A stretch of DNA of 64,000 nt from Octopus sinensis (Eukaryota). The DNA lies in NCBI RefSeq assembly GCF_006345805.1, contig NC_043001.1, positions 64,666,001 through 64,730,000 on the forward strand, read 5' to 3'. Below are positions 26,450 through 41,085 of the stretch, one piece after another (positions within the stretch are counted from its first letter, which is position 1; every line of letters begins with the position of its first letter). The translations under genes and the position numbers were made by a program. The notes beneath the pieces were generated by a model that saw nothing but the letters and a program-made list of their open reading frames with translations, was not told where the DNA came from and made no database searches.

Positions 26450-26880
26450 TTGTTTTCTATGGTGATTCTAGTTTGCACCTTGTCAAGGATGTTGTTTATT
26501 TTGTTAGTTATTTCTTGTAGCCAACATTGGTTTGCTTTTTAAAATATTTTGTGTTACTGTCTCCTGATTTAGAAATCTCCAATATATCAGTAATCATCCA
26601 CCTGTCTTTTTCCAATATGTCCTTTAGTTCATTGATGTTAATGTTACCTCTCTTAATTTCAAGAATTCAGTTCCACTGCTTCCTATTAGATTCCGTCATC
26701 TTTCATACTCTCATCTCTATTTGAATCTCCAACATTTTGAGCTTCTATATCTTCCACACTCTCCTGGCATATCTTTCTCTTTATCATTTCAATCACCATC
26801 TCAGATAGCCATTGCCTGATCACAAGTTCTCTATTCAGTGGATTCAAAGAACCCTCTCTCCTGCTATACTCATATAGTTG
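26450..26880 (-). mobile_element. Dong/R4 N-terminal remnant
   Basis: IRQWLSEMVIEMIKRKI resembles the R4 N-terminal region. Confidence 0.45.
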
Positions 26881-26884
26881 GAGT

Positions 26885-27193
26885 TGGAAGTTCTCCACCA
26901 TCCACCATACTCACTTGACCTTGTCCCTACTGACTATCACTTTTTCCAGAATTTAGATAACATTTTGATAAGAAAAAATTTAATTCCAACAATGCTGTAA
27001 AACAGGCCTTCCAAGATTTTACTGACTCTAGATTGCCAGCCTTTATAGTCCCAGGCTATACAAGCTACCACTGAAATAGCAAAAGTGTATTGACAATATG
27101 GGTGCATACTTTGCTGGATAAAACTATTCCTTGAATTTATAAAACATTAGCAATTTTTTTTTCCTTTCTACAAATTTCATACTTGACGACCTA
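26885..27193 (+). mobile_element. Mariner transposase C-terminal remnant with 3' TIR
   Basis: HPPYSLDLVPTDYHFF (YSPDLAPSDY motif) and QKCIDNMGAYF terminus; ends TTTCATACTTGACGACCTA. Confidence 0.8.
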
Positions 27194-27439
27194 ACATACA
27201 GATATATCTATGTTTGTATGCATATGAATCTCTTATTATAAAAGGCAGATTTTATCTGCCTCCCTTTGTCTCTTATAGAAATCTACAATATAGGATTTCT
27301 TCAATTACAATTTACCTAGCATTTTTAAGAGTAGAATGCATCGGGTCTTGCCAGGTCCACTTTTTAAAATTTCAACCCCAATTAAGCAAAATTTAGAGAA
27401 AACTCACATTGTGGTGTATAAGTCAAATGCTATTCTTAG

Positions 27440-27917
27440 TGTGGGCTACAGCACACGCACACACACAGTGTGCAACGAATAAAGTGAAAGTAATTCACTG
27501 TGTGTGTGTGTTGACAGGTAGACAATAGAATGTGATGGTGATGGCGATGGCGATGTAATATTTGTTTCTGTCTATGACGCTGATAGATACATGAGTAAAA
27601 TGTATGGGAAGCTAAGAGATAAGAGTGAGTGAAAATGTTCTTGGAAGAGAGTAAATAGCGAGAGAGTGATTTGAGGAAGACTTTACATTAAATAACCGTA
27701 GTGGCTTGTCAAATGAAGTGGAGTGAGAGGGTACTGGAGGAAATAGGGTGAGTGAGGAAGATGGCCCCTAGCAACCACACCTTTTAAGATAGGGATTTCT
27801 AAGGTAGCCCACGAGCATCGTCACCTCATTCTACATGTCCCTGTAAATTTTGGAGCGAATCGGACGGGATAAAGTTATCTCTAAGAAACAGAAAGATCGC
27901 CCAAAAGTGTATATAGA
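27440..27917 (-). mobile_element. Non-autonomous Helitron-like fragment
   Basis: 5' end A|TCTATATAC at 27917; shares CCTCATT(C/T)TACATGTCCCTGTAAATTTTGGAG block with elements at 31.1 and 33.0 kb. Confidence 0.55.
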
Positions 27918-28030
27918 TATTTAAATGTATTTATATATTCATCTATACACACATGTATGTATAATGTGCGTGTATATATTTCCATAGAGGTAACCATTCA
28001 ATCCATACAAAGTTTTTTAGGACGAAAATA

Positions 28031-28875
28031 TTTATATATAAAAGAAAGGTTGTGTGTCTGTCTACTCCGATTTAGATTCCTAACTACTCCCACATTTTGC
28101 GATGCAGTTTAACCAAAACCGGGTATCTTATAGTCGTGATTCATATCGAGCCCTTCTGGGTATTAGCGCGCGTCTACGATGAGTCTATGATTTTACAAAT
28201 AATTTACCATCATTTTTTTCCATTTTAATGCATATTTTTTTTAATAAAGGGAAGTAACTCTCAAACTTCACACCAATATGCGTGCTCATATGCGACGTAA
28301 TATCACATCAGCAGCATTTCCTCACACCCTCCTTGCACTTGGTGAAGGCAAAATACCAGGGGATGAAAATGCTAATATTGCCATCGATTCCATTTGTAAC
28401 ATTGTTAAGACGCCTTCTGATCTCAGAGATGCAGTGTTCCCAGATCTACAAGCTAATTATCAGAATATGGATTGGATTGGCAAAAAGGCTATACTGGCCC
28501 CGAGGAATAAAACTGTTCACCATATTAATGATGAAATGCTAAAACTCATTCCTGGGGAAGTCTATGTATATCAGTCTATCGATACAACTCCTGACCCAGA
28601 GGACGTCATCAACTATCCAATAGAAGTACTCAATTCCTTTGAGCACCCCGGTCTACCACCACACTTTCTCAAACTTAAAGTTGGTGCCCCTATAATGCTC
28701 ATCAGAAATTTGGTTCCCCCAAAACAATGCAATGGCACACGTTTGATCGTTAAGTCCTTATCTCCCACCGTAAACTTATATCAATATTTGCCTGAATAAT
28801 CATCATAATTCAGTGCAATCATTAACAGTACTTTCAAGCAATTCAGCCCCGAGCAACGCCGGGCAATTCTGCTAG
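28031..28875 (+). mobile_element. Internally deleted Helitron carrying a PIF1 helicase fragment
   Basis: Start TTTATATATAAAAG (TC-like); subterminal hairpin CCCGAGCAACGCCGGG then CTAG|T at 28872-28876. Confidence 0.8.
28278..28799 (+). pseudogene. PIF1-family (Helitron RepHel) helicase fragment, 173-aa open frame
   Basis: AILAPRN, PGLPPHFLKLKVGAPIMLIRNL, CNGTRLIV motifs. Confidence 0.9.
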
Positions 28876-28900
28876 TATGCATATATATGTATGTATGTAA

Positions 28901-28948
<48 letters not shown>

Positions 28949-29055
28949 TTTCTCTCAAATAACCATATGTACTTGAAAATGATGAGTGTATATTCCCAAA
29001 TATTCATAACTAAACTTATATTTGTTTAATATATTAACAGTGCATTATAATTATA

Positions 29056-29660
29056 CTAGCCGACCCTATGCCATCAAAAATGACAGCTAGTTGTATTATT
29101 TTATATATAAATAAGCTACAAAATAAGGTACATAATAATCACAGATATAAATATTCACATACTTCCCTTGTACATGCACACACATACACACATATACTCA
29201 CACAGAGTTGAAACACTGTTTGATTTTTCCTTTCAGCATTGAATATTCACCATACCACTTCCATTGCACACACACACACACACACACACCTCCTTTTACA
29301 TACACACACATATACTCACACAGTTGAAATGCTGATTTTTATTTTTTCACCCCTTCCTTTGTTATTCATCTATCACCCCTTCCTTTCTCAGTCATATATT
29401 GTGAAGGAGAAAAACAGAAGATACATGATGCGCTCTTTGCCACTTCCTCTCTCTCATTGCTATTACTTTCTCTCACTCCCTCTCAGTCAGAGTTATTACC
29501 CTCACTTATTCTCCTTCACTGAATTAATATTTTTATCACCTCTCTCTTCACTTATACTACTCTGCGTGATTTTGGATAAATATATATATATGCAAATATA
29601 TAAAACACTACGCTCATTATTACATTTACTTTCTCTCTCTCCTTTTTGTTATGTTATATA
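29056..29660 (-). mobile_element. Probable non-autonomous Helitron
   Basis: A|CTAG at 29055-29059 followed by an imperfect hairpin; 5' end uncertain. Confidence 0.4.
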
Positions 29661-29664
29661 TATA

Positions 29665-31280
<1,616 letters not shown>

Positions 31281-31286
31281 TATTGA

Positions 31287-32010
31287 CTAGCTTAAGGTGA
31301 CCCGCTCTACGCGCGGGTGAGGTTGAGGTTGTTACTTTCTGTTGCTTCCTTTCTGTTTCTTATCGCCACATTCTCCCTCTTTGTTTCTCTATCCTTTCTC
31401 ATTTTCCACTTTCCTTTCTCTTGGATCTTCCCTCACTTTCTCTTACTCTTTATCTTTCTCTATCTATCTTTCTGCCATTTATAAAAAAATTTAGATTTCC
31501 ACGTTTAAATTACAAATCCGCTTCCACTTTACCATGTTGAAAATTTGATTGAAATCGGGCAAAAGGTGTCCGATCTAGACCATCAAGTGTCCCCCCAAAT
31601 CAATAAAGTCCCAGTTTTCACACCAAAGCAACCACTGTAGAGCCACAAAACATCTCCCAATCAATTTCCCTCCTCAAGTTACCCCCTCCTGTAAATTTGA
31701 ATCCCCTTCCAGCCCCATTTAGACCCCTTTTTACATAAAAATCCAATCTGTGTCTACGTTCGCCTTCTTCATTTTATAGATAGGATTAGATACCAATCGC
31801 GCCAATCTGGAGGGGTTTAGAGCCCCCTTGAATCTTCTCAGCATAGCAACCGCATCTTTCCAGATAGTGAGTTTTAACCTACTCAACTCATCACGCCTTC
31901 TATGCCTGTGTCAATTTTCAGCTCGATCCGACCACTGGTGTGGCCGCCAACCTCTGACGTAGCAAAACGTGCACACAATTTTGACCCAAAGCCTCTTTTA
32001 TATATATAGA
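31287..32010 (-). mobile_element. Non-autonomous Helitron
   Basis: A|TCTATATATA at 32010; hairpin CCCGC-TCTACGC-GCGGG; CTAG|T at 31287. Confidence 0.8.
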
Positions 32011-32498
32011 TAGCAGAGAAACCTGGTCTTGCTCGGGATTAAAAAAGTTTATCATTGTTTTATTTGTTTCGGTATTATAACTCAATTTCATTCGGGTCTA
32101 CGCGGGCCACACTTTAATGATGTTGAATTTTGCCCTAGAGGCCACACCTTTCAATTGAGCAAACTCAAAGTTGCCGTGCAAACTTGCCAGGACTTTTAAC
32201 ATAGGTGTGCAAATTTTCAACTGAATCCTACCACATTTACTAACACCCGAATTCCTAAACACCTGCTCCTGTAAATTTTAATCCCCTTCCAGCCCCATTT
32301 AGACCCTAAATATGCACACCTATGTTAAAAGTGCTGGCGAGTTTGCATGGCAACTATTTTTTTCACATTTTGATTAATATAATCCGATTTCATTCGGGTC
32401 TACTCGGGCCACATTTTATAAGATGAGGAATTTTGTCATGCTTTTCTTTTGAGGAAAAAATGTGTGTGTGTGTACGCATTATGTATACAAATTATATA

Positions 32499-32554
<56 letters not shown>

Positions 32555-33165
32555 GTATATATATATACATATATATAAATACAGATATATACACTTTGTA
32601 TATAAACATATATATAAATACAGATATATACACTTTGTATATATACATTATATATACATATTTATATATAGAACACACACACACACATATAAATTAACTC
32701 AATAAATATCTGATTCATAATATTTGTTCTCATGATTATGCGGTGGTTGTGGCGATGATAATTCTCTCTATGAATGCAGACAGACGTAGAGAGAGAGAGA
32801 GAGTGACAGTGTTGGCGACGGAGGAAAGATAGTAGACGTTATAGAGAGAATGTGAAGGGAAGGGAGGTAGACGCTGTGAAACAACGTTATAGAGAGAAGG
32901 TGAAAGGAAGGGGGGAAAGAGAGAGAGATGGAGGAAGACAGACACATAAAAGAATGGGAGTAGACTTATCAAAGTGTGCGTTTTTGGCCCTAGCAACGAC
33001 ACCTTTTAAGATGGGGATTTCTAACCTAGCCCACTCACATCCTCACCTCATTTTACATGTCCCTGTAAATTTTGGAGTCAATCTGACAGGATCTAGTGGC
33101 CTTTAACCCATTCTCAATGCCAAAACCAGACAAACTTTTTGCATTTCAGAATTATAATATAGAGA
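32011..33165 (-). mobile_element. Non-autonomous Helitron related to 29665-31280
   Basis: A|TC at 33165; shares ~600 bp with 30690-31280; degenerate 3' hairpin and CTA end abutting the next element. Confidence 0.65.
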
Positions 33166-33264
33166 TATGCATTGTGTGTGTGTGTGTGTGTGTACATGTG
33201 TATCTAAATATGTATATATGAGTCTATATATATATATGTGTCTCTCTATATATATAAAACAAAA

Positions 33265-33450
33265 TTCTTTTCTACTTTAGGCACAAGGCCCGAAATTTTG
33301 GGGGGAGGAGGCCAATCAATTAGATCAAACCCCAGTATGCAACTGGTCCTTAATTTATTGATTCCAAAAGAATGAAAGGTAAAGCTGACCTCAGCAGAAT
33401 TTGGACTCAGAACATTTGCCTGGCATGCTGTTTCAGTCAGCTTGCTGCCT
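33265..33450 (-). mobile_element. tRNA-derived SINE-like remnant
   Basis: Minus strand GTTCTGAGTCCAAATTC B-box-like motif and ...GGGCCTTGTGCCTAAAGTAGAAAAGAA 3' end typical of cephalopod SINEs (recognition from memory). Confidence 0.6.
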
Positions 33451-33482
33451 CTCTCTCTCTATATATATATATAAATATATTC

Positions 33483-33529
<47 letters not shown>

Positions 33530-33531
<2 letters not shown>

Positions 33532-36500
33532 CCTCTTACCTCCACCCTATCCACCCCATATTCCATCCATCCCTTCTCCACTTCAGTCTGTTGTTACCAT
33601 TCCCCCTGATCTTCCCCTGTCTGTGGCAGAATGCTCCATCCTCAGTAGGGGTCTGCTTTTTCACCCCCTCACTCCATTCTGTAATGAATTTCAGACTCGT
33701 GCTGATATCCACAGCTTTGTGTGCCAGGTTAGGTTCTGTGTGCTTTTCTGCGACACTCTGCCTGCATCAAACGAGGATGACTGCTTCACTGACCTGGGCC
33801 GCCGACCATCACTGTGGACACCTGCTCCTGGCCAGTTCCAAGCAGTTGACCTTTTTGCAGGCACCTGCCAGTGCGCTGTTCAACTTCTCCAGGTGTCCCT
33901 GTCATCTCAACATCTCCCCAGCCAAACTCTTGGCTCTTCGTTCCCTCCAACAGCGCACTAACATTGTTATAAAACCAGCTGATAAGGGTGGAGCAGTGGT
34001 GGTATGGCGCGCGGACATCTATAAAGCCAAAGCTCTCCACCAACTTCATGATACCTCCTTCTATTGCCCTCTGACCCCACGCCCAGCTACCAACAGATGG
34101 TCTCCTCTACCATCCATGACCTCATCTCGTCCTCCCGTCTCCCCCACACCACCTCCAACCTCATTGTCCGACCCCCCGCACCCCCACCATTTACTTCCTC
34201 CCCAAAATCCACAAACTCAACAACCCTGGCTGCCCCATCGTCTCCGCCTGTAACTGCCACACCAAGCTTATCTCCAAATATCTCGACCGTGTCCTTGCCC
34301 CCCTAGTGGCTTCTCTCCCTTCTCACATCTATGACACCAACTATGCTCTTCGTTTATTCAACTCTTTCTCCTGCCCTCCTGGCCCCTCTAAACTACTTTT
34401 TACTCTGGACATCCAGAGTCACTACACTGTGATCCCTCACCACGAGGGGCTGTGTACACTGAAACACTTCCTGGACCTCCGCCCCAATCCCCAACCCGAC
34501 ACCTCCATCACTCGTTCGTCTGGCCGAACTTGTCCTCTCACTCAACTGCTTCTCGTTTGCGGGTGATTTCTACCAGCAGGTCTCGGGAGTAGCCATGAGA
34601 ACGAGAATGGGCCCCAACTATGCGAACCTGTTTGTTGGCTATGTGGAGGCTCAAATATTCTCGAGTTTCACTGGTCTCACTCCCGAACTATATGGTCGTT
34701 ATATTGACGACTGTATTGGTGCCACCTCACTCTCCCGCAAACATCTAGACTCCTTCCTCTCTTTTGTCAAATCTTTCCATCCTGCCCTCCACTTCTCCTG
34801 CACTATCTCTGACACCTCTGTCTCCTTTCTTGACATTTCGGTCAGCATTCACCACTCCACTCTTACCACCTCCATCCACTACAAACACACAGACTCACAC
34901 TCATACCTCAACTTCTCCTCCTCCCATCCCAAACACACCAAGCTTTCCATCCCCTATTCCCAATTCCTCCGTCTACGCAGGCTCAGTAGTGACGACCATG
35001 ACTTAGAGACTCAGTCTCAACTCAAGGCTCGCCACTTCATCCTACGTGGATATCCCCTCATCACTATCCACACTGCCCTTACCAGAGCATGTTCCATGGA
35101 CTGTGCATCTGCTCTCTCCCCCCGAACCCGCCCTGCAGTCTCCTGCCTCCCTTTTCCCCTCACCTACCACCCACCACCCTACCTCTCCCTCCCCTCCTTC
35201 AAACGAGCCCACAACCTACGAGACCTCTTCGTCCACAGCTTCTTCCCCAACCCTACCTCCAACCTGGCTTGTTCCCCTGCTCCCGCCCACACTGCCGCAC
35301 TTGCCCATACCTCTCTAACACCACCCTTCTCACCAGCACCCATCATCGACCCTATCGTATCACCGACTCCTTCACCTGTACCTCCACCAATATCAGCTAT
35401 TGCTCTCTCTCTCTGCCATTCTCTGTACATCGGACAAATGGGACGCCACTTGGCTGACCGGTTCACGGAACACCTCCGAGACATCCGCCTCGGCAATGAC
35501 ACCCCAGTCTTTCGCCATTTCCGCTCTACCGGTCACTCTTTGCAACACCTGTCCGTGTTCAGATTGTTCTTGCACAGAGGCCATCCTGACTCCTGTTTGC
35601 GCTATGAACAGGGATTAATCTTCTCGCTTCGCTCCTTTACACCTTTTGGGCTCAACTCTCCTCCCCTCTTCATCTAATCTCATCCCCCTGCCTCTCTCTC
35701 CCCCTCCCACCTACTTCCTCTCACCCAACTCTCCTCTCTTGCCCCGACTCCTACTTCTCTTTCACCCTACTCTCTTTCCCTCGTCTCTCTTACTTTCTTT
35801 CTCTCGTACTCTCTTTCCCTCTTCTTTCTTTCTCTCTTACTCTCTTTCTCTCTTCCCTCTTCTCTCTCACTCCCTTTCTCACTTCTCTTTTCCCCTTCTC
35901 TCTTCTCTTTTACTCTCTTTCTTCTCTCTTATTCTTTCACCCTCTCTTTCTCTCTTCTCTCTTACTTTCTTTCTCTCTTCTCTCTTCTCTCTTACTCTTT
36001 CCCCTCACATACCCACCTCACTCCCCCGTCATTGTCAACCCTCCCCATAAGCCCACCCCACTCCTATGCACTCCTACTCCACATTCCCTATCCTTCCCAT
36101 CCCCCATCCTATCCCCTACACCTTCGCCCATATACCCTACCTCTACCCCCACCCTCTGCCTACCCACAAACCCCACCCTCTGCCTACCCCCACGCCCCTA
36201 CTCTACCCCAACCCTCAGCCGAACCCACACCCCACCCGTGCTTTCCCCACTCTCGCCTCCCCCACCTCCCAACAACATCACACCATACCAAACTATTCCA
36301 TACAACATTTCACATCACATCACAACACACCACCCACACACCAGCACTGACCATCCCCACATTTTCACACCTACACATACATACACGCACACGTCCAGAC
36401 CACCAGCCTTCTTTCACATGCACATACATACTCTCTTATACACACACGCACCTTTGTGTTGGGGGTCATCTTTACTTTGTTATCTCCCCTACTTTTAGCA

Positions 36501-36720
36501 CTCTTGTCCTTCTGTCCAGCACTAGTCGCCATGATAGATCGTTAGCCACTACACATATTTTTTTCCCTCCCTGTTTCTCTCCTCGTTTTTTTCTGTGTCC
36601 CTTTCTGTAGAAGAGCGTAGGCTTGAAACGTAAAAGACTTTTTATTTTCCTGAGCGTTATACTAATACATCTGTTTGTTTTGTACACCACCTGTCTTCGT
36701 CTTTTGTTTTTTTTTTGTAA
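33530..36720 (+). mobile_element. Penelope-like element, Neptune-type (RT, Cys linker, C-terminal GIY-YIG), flanked by (TA)n
   Basis: LSVAECSILSRGLLF N-terminus; DIQSHYTVIPH; AMRTRMGPNYANLFVG; RYIDD; CSRPHCRTC linker; YIGQMGRHLADRFTEH; GLNSPP end; several frameshifts; clade name tentative. Confidence 0.9.
36596..36638 (+). ncRNA. Minimal type I hammerhead-like motif, core variant
   Basis: CTTT-CTGTAGA-A-GAGC(GTAG)GCTT-GAAACGTA-AAAG; A6 position is U; stem III is the palindrome ACGT; putative cleavage after 36632. Confidence 0.6.
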
Positions 36721-36744
36721 TAATATATATATATATATATATAT

Positions 36745-37438
36745 TATAAATTAGCAAGAAGTGTAAGGATGCAGAAAAGCATCAACCTGCTAAGAGCTAA
36801 AGTCTTAATTAAACCACCGTAAAGCACCCGGACAACAGAAAAATAACAGGCGAGGAAACGGAAAGAATTAATACATTCAAAAGCACAACTATGAAAGATT
36901 ATGCAGTTTAGGACATCCACGTACCCAGGTTTCAGTTTTTGGAAATTTAATCCTTGAGACTCTTCAGTGTAGATCACCTAGTAAAAATTCAATACCATTA
37001 CGTTAAACTCTGCTAGTGTACTGGTTTTGTTTTGTGCCAAAAACACAGCACATGGTGTAAATTATCTATAAACAAAACATTCAAACACTAAGATTTGAAA
37101 TAAGATGCTACTATTGTTAATATCATTTCTGGATAAAATTTTAAATTGATGGTATCAACAGTAGTAACATAGGTGGTTCGCAGGCAAAAAGCATGTTATT
37201 TCTCTGTTATCCTGGTGCTTTACGGTGGTTTAATTAAGACTTCAGCTCTTATTTCTAGCAGGTTGATGCTTTTCTGCATCCTTACTCTTCATACTAATTT
37301 GTAATTTATAGCTTGCTTTTTGCCTGAGAACCATCTGTGTTGCTACTGTTGATACCTTCAATTTTAAATTTTATCCACTGATGACAATAACCATAGTGAC
37401 ATCTTATTTCAAATCTTAGTGTTTGAATGTTTTGTTTA
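36745..37438. repeat. Interleaved inverted repeats A..B-A'-B'
   Basis: A 36745-36848 is inverted at 37195-37310; B 37069-37192 is inverted at 37314-37438. Confidence 0.8.
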
Positions 37439-40400
37439 TCATCATCATCATCATCGTTGTTTAATGTCTGTTTTCCATGCTGACATGGGTTGGATGGTTT
37501 GACTGGGGTCTGAGAAGCCAGGAGGCGGTACCAGGCCCCAATCTGATCTGGCAGTGTTTCTACAGCTGGCTGCCCTTCCTAACGCAAACCATTCAGTGAG
37601 TGTAGGGGATGCCTTTCACGTGCCACTGGCATGGATGCCAGTCAGGGCAGCACTGACATCAGCTACGTTCGAATGGTACTTTTTACGTGCCACCAGAACT
37701 ACAATTTCCATTTGATTGTAATTTGATTTGATTTTGATATTGATGTACTTGACTCAATGACTCAATAGGTCTCCTCAAGCACGGCATGTTGCCCTACAAT
37801 CCAAGGTACTTTTGAGTGGGCTGGTTATGTGATGCTGGTGTGGTTATAGCTGTAAACTCACTTTATTTGCCGGGTCTTCTCAATCACAGCATACCTCCAG
37901 AGGTCTTGGTCTTTTGTCATTGCCTCTATGAGGCCCAACGTTCGAAGGGCATACTTTACCACCTCATCCCATGTCTTCCTGGGTCTCCCTCTACCCCAGA
38001 TTCCTTCCACTTTTTCCAACTGGCACTTCTTCACACAGCTCTCCTCATCCCTCCGCAGTACATGGCCATACCAATGCAAATGTCTCTCTTGCACACCACA
38101 TCCGAGGCTTCATATGTCTAACATTTCTGACAGGGCACTTACACTCTGTCGTGTGTGTACACTGACATTACACATCCAGTGGATCATGCTAGCTTCATTT
38201 CTTTCGAGCCTATGCATGTCCTCAACAGTCATGGCCCATGTTTCACTGCTGTGAAGCATGGCAGTTCGCACATATGCATCATACAATCTACCTTTCACTC
38301 TGAGCGAGAAGCCCTTTGTCACCAGTAGGGGTAGAAGCTTTCTGAACCAGGCTATTCTTATTCTAGTGTTAACACACTCTGAGCATCCACTCCACTACAG
38401 ACTTGGTCACCTAGGTAGCGGAGGCTATCAACTATTTCTAGTTTCTCCCCCTGGCATGTGATGGAATCTGTTTTCTGAGCACCTGTGCATCGGCCACACA
38501 CGGAAGCTATCTTCCCAGTTAATCTTCCTTTGATGTTGCTGCACTTCTTACGTGTCCATAGCTTACACTTGGTACATCTTATGGAGTTTCTACCAATACC
38601 TTTTCTATAGATTGAGCAAGGCCACCTACTTGAAGAGGTGTGTGATGTGTTCGCCTTCCTACTTACTAAAACTTTGGTCTTTGCAACATAGACTCTAAGG
38701 CCCTTCAATTCTAAACTTTGCTTCCAATCCTGAAATTTCTTCTCAGGTTCTGATAGTGATTCTGCTATGAGGGCCAGGTCATCAGCATAAAGGAGCTCCC
38801 AGGAGCAACCTGTCTTGAATTCCTCTGTTATTGCCTGGAGGACTATGATGAATAGGACGGGGCTGAGGGCTGATCCTTGGTGGACCCCTATTTCTACTCG
38901 GAATTCTTCACTATACTCATTGCCACTCCTAACCCTACTAATGGCATCTCTGTATAGGGCCTGTACAGCCCTTATTAACCATTCGTCAATCCCCAGTTTC
39001 TGCACCACCCACCAGATAAGGGATTGGAGAATCCTTTCTCCAAGTCCACAAAAGCCAAATATAGAGGTTTGTCTTTGGTTAGATATTTCTCCTGCAGTTG
39101 CCGTACCAAGAATATTGCATCAGTGATGCTTCTACCTGGCACAAAACTGAACTGCATCTCATCTAAGCAGACTCTCTCCCTAATTAGTTGGGCTATGACC
39201 CTCTCTGTGACCTTCATCACCTGATCCAGCAGTTTGATATGCCTGTAGTTATTTCTATCTAAAGCATCACCTTTACCTCTGTAGCTGTTGACTATGGTGC
39301 TGCTACACCAGTCATTGGGTATGACTCCATCATGAACTACCTGGTTTACAATACGGGTGACTAGGCCATAGCGCACACCAACAGATGTTTTAAGCATCTC
39401 AGCAGTGATTCCTGATAGGCCGGGGGCTTTTCCTTGCTTCATACCCTTAATTGCTTTATCTACCAGGGTGCTGTCTATTCAGATAGCTGGTCCCTCTACT
39501 GGATTAACATTTGGTAGGCTCTCCTCCTCCCATTCATTCTCCACATTCAGCAGTCTTTCATAATGGCTTCTCCAATCCTCTTTCTTTTCTGAATCATTAA
39601 AAGCAAGTGCACCATCATCCATGTGGACACATTTCTCTCCTGTGACATCACAATTTTCTCTCACATACTGTCTTGCAATCCAAAATACTTCAGTTCTTTG
39701 GTCCTCACGTTGCTGGACATTGACAAGCTTCTTTTCTGCTTCGTCCTTGGCTATGTATACCTGTTATTCAGCCTCCCTTTTGGTTATCTGGTATGGTTCC
39801 CTGCTACCCCCACCCTTCCAGGCTTTCCAGGCCTGTTTCTTTGCTCTAATGGCCTTGTCTACCATATTACTCTAGGTCTGGAAGGGACTTTGCACCAAAC
39901 ACAGATTTCCCATAGGATTTTCCAGCTACCTTCTATGTCCGAGGACTGTAGCTCCTCCTTCTCATCAAATTTCTTGATAAGGATGTCTCTAAATCTCTAA
40001 CCATGAGAAAGGTTCTTTTGCTTCCAAATCCTTCTCTTCTGGATTGGTCTGCTTCTTGGATTCTTTCTTGTCTCGAGTTGAAAGTCTCTAATGACTAGTC
40101 TATGCTGGGGGGTGCATTCTTCACCTGGGAGGGTCTTTGTATTTAAGAGCAACCCTGCATTCTGCTGACTGGTAAGGATGAAATCAGTCTGGCTAGCAGA
40201 GTCACCTGATTGATAGGTTATCAGGTGGCTATCTGGTTTCCTGAACTTTGTGTTGCAGATTAGAAGGTTACATGCATCACAGAACTCCAGTAGCCTAGTC
40301 CCCTCATTGTTCGGGAACCAATACCATGGCCCCCATGAACACCAGTGAAGATACCAGATTTCCGCCTAACATGCCCATTAAAATCTCCAGTTGCAAAAAC

Positions 40401-41085
40401 GAGGTCATTGCCAATTGTCTTTGAGGTATCCTGTAGAAGGATATCATAAAAATGGTCCTTCTGATCATTTGGTAGTCCCTCTTGTAAGGTATAGGCAGAG
40501 ATAATTGTAACTGTGCTGTTCTGCAGGACTAGCCTGAGCTTAAGCATTCTATCACTTATCTGACAACCTCTATGACCTTATCCACCCATTTTTCTGCACG
40601 TAAAAAGCACCACCCAACCGTGTCCGTTGCCAGTGCTGCACCGACTGGCCTCCGTGCTGGTAAAAAGCACCATCCAATCGTGGCCATTGCCAGCCCTGCC
40701 TGGCCCCCGTGCCGGTGGCATGTAAAAAGCACCATCCGTCCGTGGCCGTTTGCCAGCCCTGTCTGGCACCTGTGCGGGTGGCACGTAAAAAGCGCCCACT
40801 ACACTCATGGAGTGGTTGGCATTAGGAAGGGCATCCAGCCGTAGAAACACTGCCAGATGAGACTGGGCCTGGTGCAGCCTTCTGGCTTCCCAGACCCCAG
40901 TTGAACCGTCCAACCCATGCTAGCATGGAAAGCGGACACTAAATGATGATGATGAGTATGCCTGCTCCATCCATGTTACCTTGCCAGAAGATTTTATACC
41001 TATGTGCCTTGCCTGTGAGGACCCTGGCTGAAGCTCCTCTCCATCTTACCTCTTGTCTCCTTTCAAGCATCTCTACAATCTCACT
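37439..41085 (-). mobile_element. Near full-length RTE LINE (APE endonuclease, RT, 3' UTR, (GAT)n tail)
   Basis: EIVEMLERRQEVRWRGAS (41.0 kb), TGDFNGHV (40260-40547), LAFVDLEK, HQGSALSP..ELLYADD (38358-39008), GRGRPRKTW; (ATC)n at 37438-37455. Confidence 0.93.
40596..40955 (+). mobile_element. RTE 3' UTR-only insertion (SINE-like) inside the RTE endonuclease region
   Basis: TAAAAAGCACC modules, GGCATTAGGAAGGGCATCCAGCCGTAGAAAC, (GAT)n tail; host reading frame resumes at 40956. Confidence 0.88.

Noticed and set aside
33372-34253. 293-aa ORF as a host gene
   Set aside because: Starts in a SINE, crosses (TA)n, then runs in shifting frames of the Neptune-type PLE.
40596-40800. Short repeats with variable spacers resembling a CRISPR array
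   Set aside because: Eukaryotic LINE 3' UTR context, related spacers, no cas genes.
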